From: Schizochytrium sp. TIO01
Lineage: Eukaryota; Protista; Bigyra: Labyrinthulomycetes
Direction of reading: 5' to 3'
DNA length: 64,000 nt
NCBI GenBank assembly: GCA_004764695.1
Contig: SMSO01000034.1
Coordinates: forward strand, 4,588,001 to 4,652,000
Every line of letters begins with the position of its first letter. The stretch's first letter is position 1. The position numbers were made by a program, and so were the translations under genes. Positions 32,701-47,349 of this stretch are shown here, piece by piece. The notes under the pieces are model-generated. The model searched no databases. It saw nothing but the letters and a program-made list of their open reading frames with translations, and had not been told where the DNA came from.

Positions 32701-35700
32701 TTTGCCCACGCCTGGGCCGACAAACTTGAGGGTACTTCCGTTATAGCTGTTCGAAAAGTCGTGCCACGAAGAGGAAACCTTGACTTTAAGATAAGTCAAT
32801 TATTGAAGTTTAAGCTGTAGTAAGTGGAGACCGCGACGAAGAGATCGGCCAACAACCCGGTCCCTCGCTCACGACTATTTTCAGCACAATACTTGTCCTC
32901 TAAAGTTCTTTCATTCCAAAATTTTTCAAGAACTGGCAGTTCTCTCTCTGCACATACAATATGTTCTCTCCGAACTCTGTATCATCCTGCAAATGACAAG
33001 AAAACTCTGCCAAAGTTAGATTCGTTCGGAGGCGTTTAAGAGCTGGTCTCCAGAGGGTCGGCGATTCCAGCGTCTTTGCTTCGAGTTGCTGTTGCTGACC
33101 TCAACGTTGTCGAAACATCAGTAAAACTAGAGGAATTGTTTATGATCTGAAGAATGTGGAGGTGCTTGCAGCGCTCAAGACGCAGGGTATCGAAAACCCG
33201 AACGAGTTCTTACCTTCTTTCTTTATTTCACAACGCTCATGTAGACCGCCATAAGTCAAGTTAGTTGGCATGGTGCACAAAGATCGATGATGAGAGAACT
33301 TGAAGCTGTTATGTTAGAAGCAACACACCGTCTACTGGTATCACTCTGGCATGGTGTCTAAGCGTGAGCTCGGCGCCACCATGCTTTAAGAGCACACAAA
33401 CGTTGCTCTTAGAGGCATACTGTTGTGGCTAGCCCAAATAAACAGTGCCATGGTACGCAGTGAGTGCAATGAGGCGCTGCGCATGTATGGTTTTGCACAA
33501 AATTTTTGCACAACTCGGAAGCTGCAGGAATAAAGCACAACAACAACGAAAACGAGTGAGCGCGTCAACTCTACAAGTGAATTGTTGCTTTTATAATCAG
33601 ATTGAAGAAGCTGCTCAAGCCGGGCCCGTCCTGCTCTATCTTTGTGGCGTACGCCACGCCCGGCAAGACCATGGCATGGAGTGTCCGTAAGACTCTGTTA
33701 CTCCACATAGGAGTCTGGCAAGTGCTATTTAGTACCAAGTGTGAAAAGTTATGATCAGTAAATTGCATATTACCTACCTATTATCAAAAAAGTCAGGTTT
33801 CGAAGGCTTTGATGATCGCGCAACTTTAGTACTATGTATGTGCAGAAGTCAAACCTGCTGCTACAGAAACTCTAAGCTCATGAACCAATTGTCTTAGTCG
33901 TATCGGCGGTGCTTCTGGCAAGAAGTTAGAATTGTATTTCATTTCATCTCATTTCATTTCACTTTTAAAAAAATTATAATTAAAATTTAAAATTATTTCA
34001 ATGAAAAAGAAGACTTGGATCATTAATGAACTTATAGCGGCCCTCCTCCGTGAATATTAGTAGGTAGTGACGAGGCCTGGCATGATACCAAGTAACGAAA
34101 TTTGATCCTTCACCGGTAGTAATGTAGCAATGGTACTCTACCAGTAAGGCGCCTTGTTGTAAGTCCATTTTATCTTCAAATGTTAGGCTCAAGCTCAGCC
34201 GATTAAATGATTTTGTGGAAATTTGCCAATCTCATCTCCACCTAAAGTGAGCGATTTTGCTGTGAATAAGTTCTCACACCAGTAGTGAGCTCATGCATCT
34301 TGCATTCTGTGGGGTTTTCAGACTCAGTCAATACGCGTGCTCGCTCGGCGTGCAATTGCATAACAAGTCTTGAAAGCAAGTGGTTAGCATAGCTTCGCAT
34401 TTATAAATTGTTTACTTTTTACAAGGTCATGCTTATAAAAGTTGAACACTCATATTATCATTCAGAAATGGCCCCTTTTCGCTCCCAGTAGCAGTGGAAG
34501 CTTCATAAAGGAGAATCAACGTGGCCTCATACAGCATCTTGTAAGTAGCGATCTCTGAAGTACCTCATTCAATACAGCCTGCAAAGATCGCTGCCGTCGA
34601 TGCCGGCACGAAGGAAGACCCCTCTTTTAGAGTGGCCGTACCTTCCCTCATTCTGCATCTTCTTCGCAGTGTCACCCCATGTTCAATGCCATCTTCAAGC
34701 AAAGGAAATCTACTGCATAGACAACATCTGCTACGATGTGGGCCCGGACAGGAGACAGCGCAGGAATGCTTAAGTTAGACTTTGTTCTTCACGATGAATA
34801 TCCAATGTTTGCGTGAAATGTATTTTGCATGAGAATGTCTCGTGAAGTCCCATGCGCAAAGTGGTGGGTGAAATGCAGGCATGCTCAGCAAGTACTGGCG
34901 TACGCATCGTGATTCGATTCGTTAGGATAGGGGAAGAAACTAATTGGCAGACCTCCAGCGATGAATTTGCGAAGGTGGGAATCCCGCATTCTCATGATGC
35001 CTGTGAAATGGTGGGTGATGTATCTCACTAGGAAGTGCGCAAAGGTTTATTCACCTGGAAGCGCTATGTAGCTGCTACTAATGTAGTATACCTGAACTTC
35101 TATAACGAAGTTGAATCTAAATAGGAAACATAACTTCACTGCAGTAGCAGCGTGTCGCCTAATTCATCATATTGCTGCAATCGAAACTGCACGGCAGGGC
35201 TTAACGATCGATGTTTATCAGTTCTTCGATTCACACGAAGCTTATCGGAATTTGGCATTGCAAAAGTTGGGTTGGCTTGTCTTTATGATGATACATGTCG
35301 CCAAGCTGCTCATGATTGTCCCCAAAATCTCAATAAATTCAGGAGTACTAATTCTTGCACCAACCCAGGTACTATAAAAAGACATGAGAATCAAACCTGT
35401 TGTTCATCATCTCCAAAATAATGTAAGGTTTATATATATGAATAACTCTAATAGGGCGCTACGATCCAGCCATTATGTGCTCGTTCTGAACGATATTATG
35501 ACGCCTGTTGCCGAACAGCTTTATTTATTTCTAGACCTCAGCAGCCCAGGGACTACTACTATTACTTAAGTGCCACAACTTCTGAGAGCTAATAAAAGTA
35601 GAAGCTAGCTATCCGATTTGATTGTAGTAGGTAAGTAGGTACCTAAGGTATGTATATATTAACCTGTAAACTTGGTTCAATTGACTTCTTGAACCCATTC

Positions 35701-38700
35701 TCGCGTAGTCTTAAAGTTTATAATATATGATGCTAAGAGTTTCACTTTTGACAAGGTGCTGTGGACACCATCCACGTTACTCCTAAACGTTTATGGTAAG
35801 TGACCATAGGAGTCTGGAGCTCCACCTTCTTGAAGCATGTAAGGAAGGACCAGCTCTCCACTTAAGTCGATTCCACCCCAACCGAGGATCGCTTTCGAGC
35901 AGACAACTAGAAAACCTCCAGACAGATTCGATGTTGCACCAGGCTCGAAGATCTTGGCTTCAAATCCATTCATCTTGAAGACGCGAGGTTGTAAAACACG
36001 TGAGCAGATTGGCGAAGGGTTACATACAAGTGGGTACCTACTTATACATTTCAAAGAATGCGTATTTTCTGTACTCCTGATGAAAAGCAAATCGAACATT
36101 GATCAATCAAGCGAGGGAGCGAAGACGGTGTTCGCACATCAGCTCCTGCTTGCAATCACTCGATGTGTCTAGAGAATACCATGGTTGTGCTCAAGGCGTC
36201 AGAGTTCAGGCGGGGACCAACTTCGGTGTGAGCGCGATGGGGGATGGGGATGGATGAGTTTGAGCAGGTACCAGGACGACCAGCAGACGCTTCTCTTTGC
36301 AAGGAGAAATAAAGAGACAAGCAAACGAACGGAGCAGCTTCAGGAGCTTATCCTTCTTAAACAATAGGTTGAAAGCACGCTGGATGAGCTCAAGACAGCT
36401 GTGGGAAGAAGAACCTCTCGTTGGACATCACTGGGGCATTGATTCGAGACACTGGGGAAGTCCTCCTGTTAATTCGTGACCACGGGGATGAAGAAAGCAA
36501 CATTACATTTCGGATAAACAATTTCATAGTGCCGGTTGCTCTGTCTCCTTTGATGCCTCAGTTCTGCTCCCATAAGCGTAGCGGTTTAAAAGTAACAATC
36601 GTCACCAGTCAGATAGTTGTTGTAGGGCTGCTGTCTTGCTCAAAGCAAGTTAAGGCATTTTGTCTGCTGAGCTCAATCATCTTGAAAAGTTGCAAAATCT
36701 TTGCAGAGAGAGTCTGTATTGATTTGTTTATGTTGGAGAAACCATCCCACATTCTGCTCTTTATAGATCAGAAAGACGAGGGTATCTTTAAACATCAGCT
36801 CTGCTAGGAGATTGCCTCAATGGAATGTTTGTGGAAAGAGTTTATCAAAAGAAAGGCAAAGCACCGGGCGTTTCTTGTCATAATATTCAGGAACTTGACA
36901 CTTCCTGTGATCTCTTTGACAGTAAACATGATATGACAAAGGCAGAAGTCCTAGTGTTGATATTAGTCGGCACACATGCACTGAGTATAGCGGTGCTCAT
37001 AGTCACCATGTGGCGCAACTGGATGATTAAGATTTCATTCCTCTGTTGATTATCATCTGGAAGGCTACGCAGTGAATGCAAATGGAATGTGTTATTATTA
37101 TTTCCATGTTGCATCATTTATGTAATGAACAGACATACATAATGAAGACGGCATTCCAAACCCAATGAAAATCTTCAGTGGATCCATGGTTTACCAGACT
37201 TTAAAGGAAAAGAAAAGGAATGTATTTTGATATATGGGTAGTAGTTGTCAAATCTGGCTGAATACTGACTTTCCTAAATTTGACAAATCAAATTGGCCTG
37301 TAAGGTATGGCAGTCGTAAGCCAGTCACGGACGTGGATGAGCCAGCACATTGTCCATAGTAATGTCAAAATTTAACATGGGAGCAATGATCTCTTGTTGC
37401 ATTTGCAAGGGTCTGTATCAACTAATTACCTTGTATGAACTCACTGCATACATGTAATTAATATAGCTGGGGGCATTTAGATAGTTTATGCTCGTTGGCA
37501 AAGCTCTTCGAGTGCATCCAGTGCATGTAAGGGACAAGTGTTTGTGTTATAGAGGCTAAAGGAGATCAGTCTAAGCTTATTTGAATACTTGTTTCAGAAT
37601 TGCGCTGTTTCCGAATTAGAGGGCAAGGTGCTTTCACTATATCCATGGGGTCCTGAGATTTCAAACACAAATTTGAATGTGGAAGGTGCTAGTTACTTAA
37701 ATGTGCTACTTGAAATCACCTACTGACGGCTTTTGTGTAAGCCAGGATTTCATTATTGGAATATTTTGTGTGCTTCATCATAGACTAGCTCAACCGCGTG
37801 TGACTATTACTTAAGTTATCTCGCTGATATTCTACATCATGTGTGAGTAGTAAATTAGGACTCTGAGCTCCGCTGGAGTCGATAGTGAATCAACGTGTGC
37901 TCTAAAATTGACGAGGTGCGCATACGACCCTAGCTTCATTGGGATTCTGATGCGTTAGGTTCATACTTTCTGAATGCCTAGCCTGGTTTGATAAAATGAT
38001 TGCAGTGTCATGCGTAGTTTGATGTGTAAAGTACTGGTCTCAGACCTCAATAGGAGATTGGTATAAATCTTGAAGCTTAGTTCTGAAGTATTGAGCATCT
38101 TCTACTCATACGCTGAAGCTGCACCATCAAAGTAAAGTCGGTTTACATGGGCCTCGATTTCTGTAGATGAGAAGTTAGAAATATCCTTCTCTTTTTGCGT
38201 ACGTTATATAATATATCATGTATATCCAAGCCCACCTTCATTCGAAGAATTGTATTTCAGGTACAGCTCTATGGATGAAAGTGTAAATCCGAAGAGAACA
38301 GTTCACTATTTCGTACAAAAATGTGAATATTGCTGCTGGTCAAACAAGGTGTTGAAGATGGAAAAAACGATGTCGTCGTAGATGATTTTGATACGGTGAC
38401 AGATGCCTCAAAGTAAGGCCAAAGGGAAGGTGAAGCTGCGTTTGTTAGCATAAAAGTCGCAGCGCGAAACAACTTGCCTTCACTGCCCACAGAGAGGACT
38501 ATATCTTAAGGTAGTTATGTAAGAACTTTGTTGTATACGCACGCACGACGAACCTCCCATACTGCATTCGTTTCTCGCCGCTTTAGAATTTTATATTTTG
38601 TGGCGGAATTATATTGGCATGATGAATTAAATTAAGAATACTCTGACTCTGGGTTCTCTCCGATCATGCCAGTACTTTAACAGCGGTAGGAATTCCAGGT

Positions 38701-41700
38701 TTGAATTCATCCAGTAAACTCAGTGTTTTGGGTGTGATATTCGAAGGTCCGTTCAAAGATATTTTATCTACAAATGAAATCTAGCCAGATCTGGTACACA
38801 GAATCAATGGGGAGATGATTTACAAATGAAATCAACAAGGTTGCGCTTCCCTCTAAGTCGCATGTCCTGAATTTGTTGGGAAAACCAGTATGAATTTTGC
38901 TTTATCTGAGATAGACAACATTTGGAATCAAGCAGGATCTCAGAAAGGCATTCTTGAGTCATTCGAAAGCGCTGCGTAGAGACTCATATTTTATATCTCT
39001 CAACTGCTGTGAGCTATAGAGTAATCTCCTCTGCCTGATGCTAAGGGCAATGATTCATTTCAAGATGATCAAATTTAAATCTGGAAAAGGAGATCTTTCT
39101 GGATTGAAAGTAGGCTTATTCGGGGTTGATTTGGCTCAAACCGTTAGTTTACTTGGAGTGAATGCATGTGGACTAAACTTTGGAGAGCACCATCGCGTGC
39201 ATCGTGCCTACAAATGTTATATTGAACTAAGGCAGGAATCTGGGAAATTTAATATGAGTTCTGAGATACGTGACAGCAAGTTGCATTTAAGAGCATATCG
39301 AATTTCAGGAGTGATTCCCAATCTACCTTATTCGTTAAGGTTCCTGTCAATAAAATCGACTAGTCACTCAGAGACCTGTCGACAGAACGCATAAGAAGTG
39401 TTTTATCGATCTGATCTTTCTATCCGGCGTTATGGAAGTGCATTAAAAACATTGATGATAAGCAAACTCTCGTTTCCAAAAAGAAAAGATTGCGAGTATA
39501 AACAAATTTATACTAGGAAGCAAGCAATTCTATTTCACGGCTACTCAAGAAATTCGGCATCTCTGTTTGTGGGATGTTCAGAAATTAAATATCCTCGTGC
39601 TCGATCTTTTGATCAATCATCTGTTAAATGGAAGCAACGGAAGCGGGATGTAATTCTTAAAAGGGACAATCTGCGCAGGGGGGAATTTTCAAAAACAAAC
39701 TTTGAAAATATTTTCTGAAAGAGAAGCATCACGACAAGAAAATCTTGCTAAGTGTCTCTAGGGCTGTGGTAATTCCTTAGTCTTTCGATGGCGATGTTTT
39801 TCTTTTTTAGAAATCTTCAAAATGACTCCTTCCTGTGAGGTTGAAATTTGGCAATTGATTTCTTACTCTCATTTCTCAATTCTGTGAGCCTAAGCCTCTT
39901 GTTAACATAGTAGGCTTTGCGCTATAGATTGTAAAAAACAATTAGGGTTAGACTGTTGCAAATCTCTTTAAACCCTCATGTTGATGGAATTCCCGAGTCG
40001 GACTTGCTAAGAGCCCGTTTTTTCTACACGTTTCTTTTTTACTTTTTTGCTTCAAACGTTGCAATGTAAAATTGACGTATATAGACATCTCTCATGTTCT
40101 ATTTGAAAAGCTGCCGGATCGAATGTTAAGCCTTTCAAATTTTAATCGACACAATCTTCTGTGAAGGTTGTGCTTTAAATTACACAACTTTGGCTCATCA
40201 AATTGGAAGCAGACATACTTTGGACCAGGACTTTTGAGAGCAAGCAAGAATTGTACACCGGCAGACTTGTTTGTCTCGGGTAAGACTACGATGAAAGAGA
40301 GTATTCGGTGTTTACCTCCTCCTTCTCATTTCCACTAATTGATTCCTTCATTCACTCATCGAGGATCTATCGATTTTCGGTGTGCGGGATATTCTCACTT
40401 CCTCTCTCTCACTCTCCTTCGTTCCCCTATTGCGAGTGATTTTTACTTTTGCATTTTCTCAGCTTCTCTCTTACAGTAAGTAGTGCTCTTTTAAAACTCT
40501 TACTCTTTGCCAAATGCTCACGGCTCTCTGGACCTCCTAGAAGTGACAAACGTGAACAAACGTAGAACTGCCAACGCTAATTCTTTCTAGTTGGTCACTA
40601 GGTGTCGCTCACCTAGCGCGTTCGAATATCGTTGGCGGCGATTCAACATCACATTTGCCCTCTCTGAAGAAGGCCTTTCCGGCAGGACTCTAGTTGCCCA
40701 AGTGTTTGCTACAGCTTAAGAGCGTCATTCGGGTCTTGGTCGTGAGCTAGTGCTGTGGAGGACTGTGCTTCTGCGAAAGGCAATTGAAGGATAAGAGAAC
40801 GGAATTTCCGGGTAAGGGCGTCGGTCGCCCGCCCGATCACCAGGGCCCGTCACTTTGAGTATGTGTAAGGGAGTGAATCCTTACGATCGGTCCAAGGTTT
40901 CGCGGCGTAGCATTTTACAGTGGGCACTGTTTCGCATCAGTCAGCTGCGAAATACTTTTTTTATTTTGATTCGTTTAATTCTTTTCATTTTCAGGGTTTC
41001 TTTTGTTTACCCCGATGGATTCACCACTGGCGCTTTCCATTTAAAAAAGTCCCGTCCTGAAGGAGAGGAGAAGAAGGGGAAGAAGAATATTTCTTTTTTA
41101 TTCCTGTGGCACGCGAAAATTACGTTTTCTTACTAGACTGTCAAGAACAAACAAAAAAGGAAATCGAGTAACGTTAAAAGGCACTTAGGCGCATGGTTGA
41201 AAATCAACGATAGAAAATTTTCTGCTCTCACTCTAGCGGTCTCGGGATTAGCGAAATTCCTTCCTTTTCCTCTTTGCTGATCCTCTCATTGCTCTAATCT
41301 TTTTCTTCTTCTTTTAAAAGAACATCTGCCACTAAGAAATCTGGCTCAAGTTCAGAACTCACCATAGGCGAGATAAATTCCTACTTTCTTGCAAAGAGCA
41401 GAGAATGTTTTCTCTGTAAAGAAGAAGTTTTGAAATAACTCTCATCTGAGGGACCACCATCATGCTGGGCTCATGATGAATTAATTATTCGACTTCTCTG
41501 CCAGCATGCAATCAGATAATTTCAGTCTCTCACTGCTGGGATACTTTGAAGAAGCTCTCACAATTTGAGTAGAGAGCCGTGGCATCCGACACTGTTCATA
41601 GTACTAGGCTTATTCGCATTACGATCTAATTGCCCGTCAATCGTTGAGCATGGTTAAATATATGGGCGTTTCTTCAATATCGTTGGGGAGTTTTTCCATG

Positions 41701-43046
41701 CGTTATGCTATGTATAAGAGGGTCTATGGTACTTTTACATCTCTTAGTCTTTACTCGTCTCTACATTTATTGCGTTTGGTGATTTTGTTTTACTATAGTG
41801 CCGCGCTCGCTATTGAGGGTTCTCCTTTTTGTCGATTTCTTGCATGCATCACAGCTGAAGCAGTATCAATGGGTGTGCGGCTTTCAGGCCGCCAGCTCTG
41901 CTGAGGGTTTGGAGATTCAATGATGTTGCTTCAGTTTGACTTCTTTTGCGTTGCTCTTTCTATGCAATCACATCTAATTTACGCTTTCTTCACACACGAA
42001 TGGCATGCAAAAGCAAAGAAACTCTTTCTGCAAACGTTCTCACCTACGAATGCCCTGGAATGCCTAATTACGAGATACTTCTGGCCTGGTGTTGTTGCTG
42101 TTGTTGAAAAAGTGATGTGCGAAATCGTTCATTATGAACTTTGTTTCGTTCTGGTGAGCCCGTTTGCCCAGATTGAATCACCTGGTCCATTACTTTTACC
42201 AATATTTCTCAATGTAACATGCTCGGTTTCTCTCCAGCACTAATTTCATATTGATGACTGCGCTCCTCAACCAGTTCTTTCATATTTGTGGATTTTCTTC
42301 GCTGTCGTTCTGGTTAAGAGTCGAGATACTTGGACTGTGTTGGCCAATCTTTAGGATTGATCTGCCTAGAAGATATTAACCCAAATAATCACTCCTCCTG
42401 GTGCAGTATGACGCAATGCAGTGCAGCGCAGTGCAGTGCAGCGCAGTACGAACCTACTGCGTAATCTGAAGGAGCAGTAACGATTGTGGCAGGCAGCGCA
42501 AATATGCAAGGTAGCATGTCGTGCTTAGTTGGCGGTAGTGGAATCAAGGAAAGGATCCATTCGGCGCAGAGTTTGTTATCCTATCCTTTCTTTTACTTCA
42601 ATTCGACGGGTCTCCTGCTCTTTGGGAATAAGGAAACCAGGTTGGCTGGTTGGCTCGAAATGCCTCGACTCACTGCAGTGAATTGTTTGTAAGCTAGCTG
42701 CACACGTTCCTTTTCTTTCTTGGACGGGCTTTGAGCTACTTACATCCCTCAAGCTAGGTACCTACCTAGCTACCCAGCTACCTAGCTACCTTTTCATTCA
42801 TCTTCTGTTGACGTCACGAGGTTGTGTTCTCCGACTCCGCCTCCTATCCCTGCGTTCTCGTCGGGAGAGATGCAATGCATGTGTTCATCCCAACCAATTC
42901 ATTTGCTTTTCATCTCTCTCGATTCCAACAAAGCAATCTTTCTCCTTAGTCCGCTGCCCGTTTCCTCGAAATGCCAATTCTTGCAGGCATTAATAAAGGG
43001 GACCCTACTCTCCTATTCTCCCACGCTCGACTGCAAGTGCGGACCC

Positions 43047-43125
43047 ATCATTATCCTCATCCTCATCCTCATCCATCATCCTCATCAGCAGCAGCATCGT
43101 CATCGTCATCGTCATCGTCATCATC
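43047..43125. repeat. Degenerate (CATCCT/CATCGT)n hexamer repeat
   Basis: Directly visible. Confidence 0.8.
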
Positions 43126-44160
43126 AAAAGCTTGCTTGCTTGCTTGCTCTCCCTCTTGCTGATGCTCGAGACTACCATTCTGCACAGCTTCGCGACCGAA
43201 GCTTTGTCCTTCGACTTTCAAGCGCAGATGCAGGTTCTAGGCGCAGGGAAGCTCGCTCTCTCGCTCGCTCATTCCTTCTGATAATGTCAAGTCGATTGAC
43301 AATCAACAAGAAGGACGTAGACAGATAGATAATAGGTACCTTCGCTGCCTTTAGCACGAGCTTCGACCTCAGGCTTTTCTGTGGAAGCGACCGAGCGAGC
43401 TGTCAAACTCCTATTTTGGGATTCCTAGGCCTATGAAACGCCGCCCTTCTGGCACCTTCGCCTATAATTCTTGGCGAAGAGCGCGCCTAAGCTATCATGG
43501 CTCTCGCTTACACGTGGAAGGATACTTGACTTTGCGGTGATCTCTCTACTATTGTTGTCGTTCTTGTTGCTGCTGCTGCTGTTGCGATTGTCACGATCAT
43601 ACTTAGCCCGCAGAAGAAACCGGGCAGAGGAATTCTTTTGCAGGATCTTGCGCCACAGCCAAATCTTGTCTCCTTTCGCTGCTTAGTATCTGCTGGTGCT
43701 ACTTCTTATTCTTCACTGCTTCGTTACTCGATTGCTTCAGCTCTCAGGACCTTGGACCGAATGGCGGTGTCTTGAGGCGGGCGTGAGATCGGGCCTCTTG
43801 GGCAGTGCCGATGGTCAGATTTCTATGCAGCTTTCAAGCTGTGCGTGGATGAGCGTCATTCGCTGTGGAGCCTACGATGCATACTTTGGCAGGCAGAGGC
43901 AGAGGCCAAGAGGGCCAGCCAGCAAGAGGTGGCACGTAAGGCCGATTATTATTCTTTCGAATGTCGCAAGATTCCAGCCAGCCAGGATGACAATGGCTGG
44001 CCTTGTGCTACAAAAGAGTGCCGCTTACGATTACTCCTAGGACCGTCATAACGACGGGGCTTCTGAAGAGCTCCGGGTGTGGAATCAATCCTCCGGAGGC
44101 TTTTAGTTATTTTGTTTACTGCAAAAGACCTGCTAACGTCTTTTACAAACGAAACCTAAT

Positions 44161-44225
44161 ACATCTACATTCACATCTACATTTACATCTACATTTACAT
44201 CTACATTTACATTTTCATTTACATC
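44161..44225. repeat. (ACATCT/ACATTT)n hexamer repeat
   Basis: Directly visible. Confidence 0.85.
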
Positions 44226-45705
44226 AAGATCGAGATCTTTTGTAGTCCAAGCTGAGCTGCCTGGCATTTGTTTGCGGGAAAATCCACGGCCGAGGCAAAA
44301 ATCCTCTGTTCCTCCAGAGGCTACTACTGTTGCTTGAAAGTTTAGCTTTCATCAAGCCCCCATTTTACAATGCGATTACAATGCAAGGATGTAAATTCCA
44401 TTTGCATCCATCACATCTTCCATCATCCATGTTGATGACAAGACTGTTAATTGTAGCCAACAAGATGCAGTGCAGCGAGCACCCTCCACGCTTATGGCAT
44501 GCATGCTTGCTTGGACGGAAATCTCACTTGCGGCTTGTTTTCTGGCGTGGTTCTGCGGCGCTGGTGCCGAAAAATCAACTTACTTATAGCGGCAGTGCAA
44601 CTCTGGTTTTGGCTTCCAATTTTCACATTGTGGTTAAAAAGAAGAGGCAATTCTTTCCACAAACTGTGGCGCTTCGAGGTCTCTAAAAGAACAATAAATG
44701 CATCAAGGTGCCGCTGGTGACGCTGATTCAATCAACTCTTGACCATAACGGAGGAAGCTTCTATTTCGATTGTTGCCTCTCGAGTGTCAGCCAGCCAGGT
44801 AGGCACGCAGCCAGCCAACGCCCGATTAAAGGAGAGCGCCATTCGCAATCGATGGTTTCCTTCTGGGGAAGTGAGCATTACTTACTAAGGAGTTGCTTAC
44901 CAGTAGGCACTTTTATTCGGGTACTGGTAATATAATATCCCCACCCCACCCCATTGCAATCCTCACATGATACACAAACAAACAAATTCACTCAACTTGA
45001 AGGCAGCAGGAACATAAATACATACATGCATGCATGCATTCGTTCGCTCAGGCATCGCTGGGTATCTATCATCCATCTGTGTCGCTAGCTAGCTCAGCTA
45101 GCTGCTTTTGCCGGTCTGGTACCTCGTACTACACATATCAATGATGCGTGGTCTACTATTTATTGGCAAGCTTCCTTCGGGTCAAAGTAATGGCGCATCC
45201 TGAAAAACTCATCTATCTTCCGATGAGATTCTTTCCAAGAGATCAATCCATCCATCAATCAATCAATCATTCTTCATCACTCATCGCTCAGCTAGTGAAT
45301 GAGTGAGCGGAATAGATCAAACCACGATTGAGAAAGACCCAGAGCCACGAAGCGCGGCGATGATGACCAGGCAAGACGGAGAAGTAAGTAATAACTGGCG
45401 GGCGACTACAGCCAGCAGCAGCGCTTGGGCCTGACTGATTGATCGATCCTTGCAGCGAGCACCTTGGTTTCCAAGAGATGAGCTTTCGTGAACACGACCG
45501 CTTTGCCAACACTTGGGACCGCAGCTGCGCCCGAAGATGGATGGATCTGTCCCGCCTCGAGTTTGCTCGGCGCTTGGCGCAGCAGCGCTGTGTGAGTCCG
45601 CGGAGTTCGGGGTGGGTCCGTAGCCGGGAGTAGGTTTGTGGAAGGCAGTTCGAGCGGAGAACTGGGCAACAGCTTGGGCGGGAGGAGGCAGCTTCAAAGC
45701 AAAGC

Positions 45706-45804
45706 AAGCTCGAGCTCAAGCTCAAGCTCAAGCTCACCTCGCAGAGAGAACTAAATAAATCCAAGTAGGTAGGTAGGTAGGTAGGTAGGTAGGTAGGTAG
45801 GTAG
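45706..45804. repeat. (AAGCTC)n followed by (TAGG)n microsatellite
   Basis: Directly visible. Confidence 0.85.
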
Positions 45805-47301
45805 TTCGTTTCGATGGATGGTAAAAGCAACTCGGTAGGCTTCTTTCTTCTTGAATGCGGACTGCAATAGGCAGCTAAGGAAAAGATGCACTGCAATCAA
45901 TTGGCGTATATGGAGTGTGATTGTAATTGCTGGAACCAATTGGGGAGATTCGTTTGTTTATTTGATTTATTTATAGATGATCAAACTGAGCGAATGAAAC
46001 GAGGAATGTAATATACATCGCTTTTTGTTAATCGCAATCGTCGCCGAGTAACAAACAGCTTGACCTTCATCTAAATGAGGAAGTACTCTTGTTAGGTAGC
46101 TTTCAAAGTTGAAGGTAGCAAGACGCAGGAACTGGGAAGGAGTGCTAGGCCCTTTGTCCCTTTGCCTTGCCTGCCAGCATCAATTTTCGACGCCTTTAAC
46201 CTAGAGAAGGAGTATGTGTGTAAAAGTCAAGCTTGCGTTTTACGGTTCTTCTGCTGCTTTTAAATTTGATCAATAGCAGCAATTATATGAGAGCGGGGAT
46301 TGTGATGTTGTTGTGGGCGCCCCTATCGGGCATACGAGGGCCTAAGGTTTTAATGAACATTGCAGCATCATTATAGAGTTTTAGAATTAATTGTGTTGTC
46401 ATAAAGTAATCATTTCTGTGATTTTAATTTTTGCCGGTGGCCTTGACGATAGATTTGTATTAAATCAAGATCAATCTGCTCGTGGTTGATTGGTTGTGTT
46501 TCCTTGGAGATCGTCAGTAAGTTACAAAACGTTCGACATTGATAAGTACTATTCTGGTGGCTGAGTCTGCCGGAAAGAAGTCATATTGAGCGGACACTGT
46601 CAATGCTTACGCTGCATCTAGGTCTCAGCAATAGCATCATGAACAGCAGCAGCTGCATGGGAACTTAATCTTGGCATCGCTGTCAATGGAAAATGAATAT
46701 AGCCAAGCGATGGTGGAAATTTTGAACGAATTTGAAGACCAGGTTTAACAGGACAAAGATAAATTTGCTTTCTTGGAAACGAAATCGCATTCTTCTTGTT
46801 CCTTAGAGGCACACTCCCAAAGGAAGATTTGGCCATCTTTGTTCGCACTGTTCTGGCTTCAACAATGCATCGGTCAAGTTGTGGAAAAGCAGCGTGGAAG
46901 CAACGAAATTGCACTCGTTCAATCCAAGTCCTAGGTTTGATTAGCATGTTACTGTTGAGGAGATACAATCAAGAGGGAAATTCCTTCGCGCAGCCACTTC
47001 CGACATGATTGGCTTCAGGGACATTGCAAATGTCTTTGGCACACTTGCTCGATTGCTCACTCCGCGTTGGTCCTTTGTGCTGGTCGGGCTGACCTTCTTT
47101 TTGTCGCGCGGGAGGCATGCTGTCTTGGCCTTCTTTAGAGCAGCACGGGAATTCATCACCCAACTCAGTTGTGCTTTTCAACCATCGTTCTTGACTACGC
47201 ATCTCCACATAAACATACGATAACGTCCACTCTCATTCCAGAGTTTGCGGGTTCCTCTCGACTCTGCATCAGTTGCTTGCCTCTCGTCGCTCCTCAGCAT
47301 G

Positions 47302-47349
47302 AGCCTGAAAGCCTTGAAGCCTGAAAGCCTTGAAGCCTGAAAGCCTTGA
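47302..47349. repeat. Tandem 16-mer AGCCTGAAAGCCTTGA x3
   Basis: Three perfect adjacent copies starting at 47302, 47318 and 47334. Confidence 0.9.

Noticed and set aside
45288-45896. 202 aa minus-strand ORF, and similar ORFs at 42822, 62075 and 62454
   Set aside because: Frames are held open partly by microsatellites (YLPT, HRHR, FIHS, FFLS repeats); no domain motifs.
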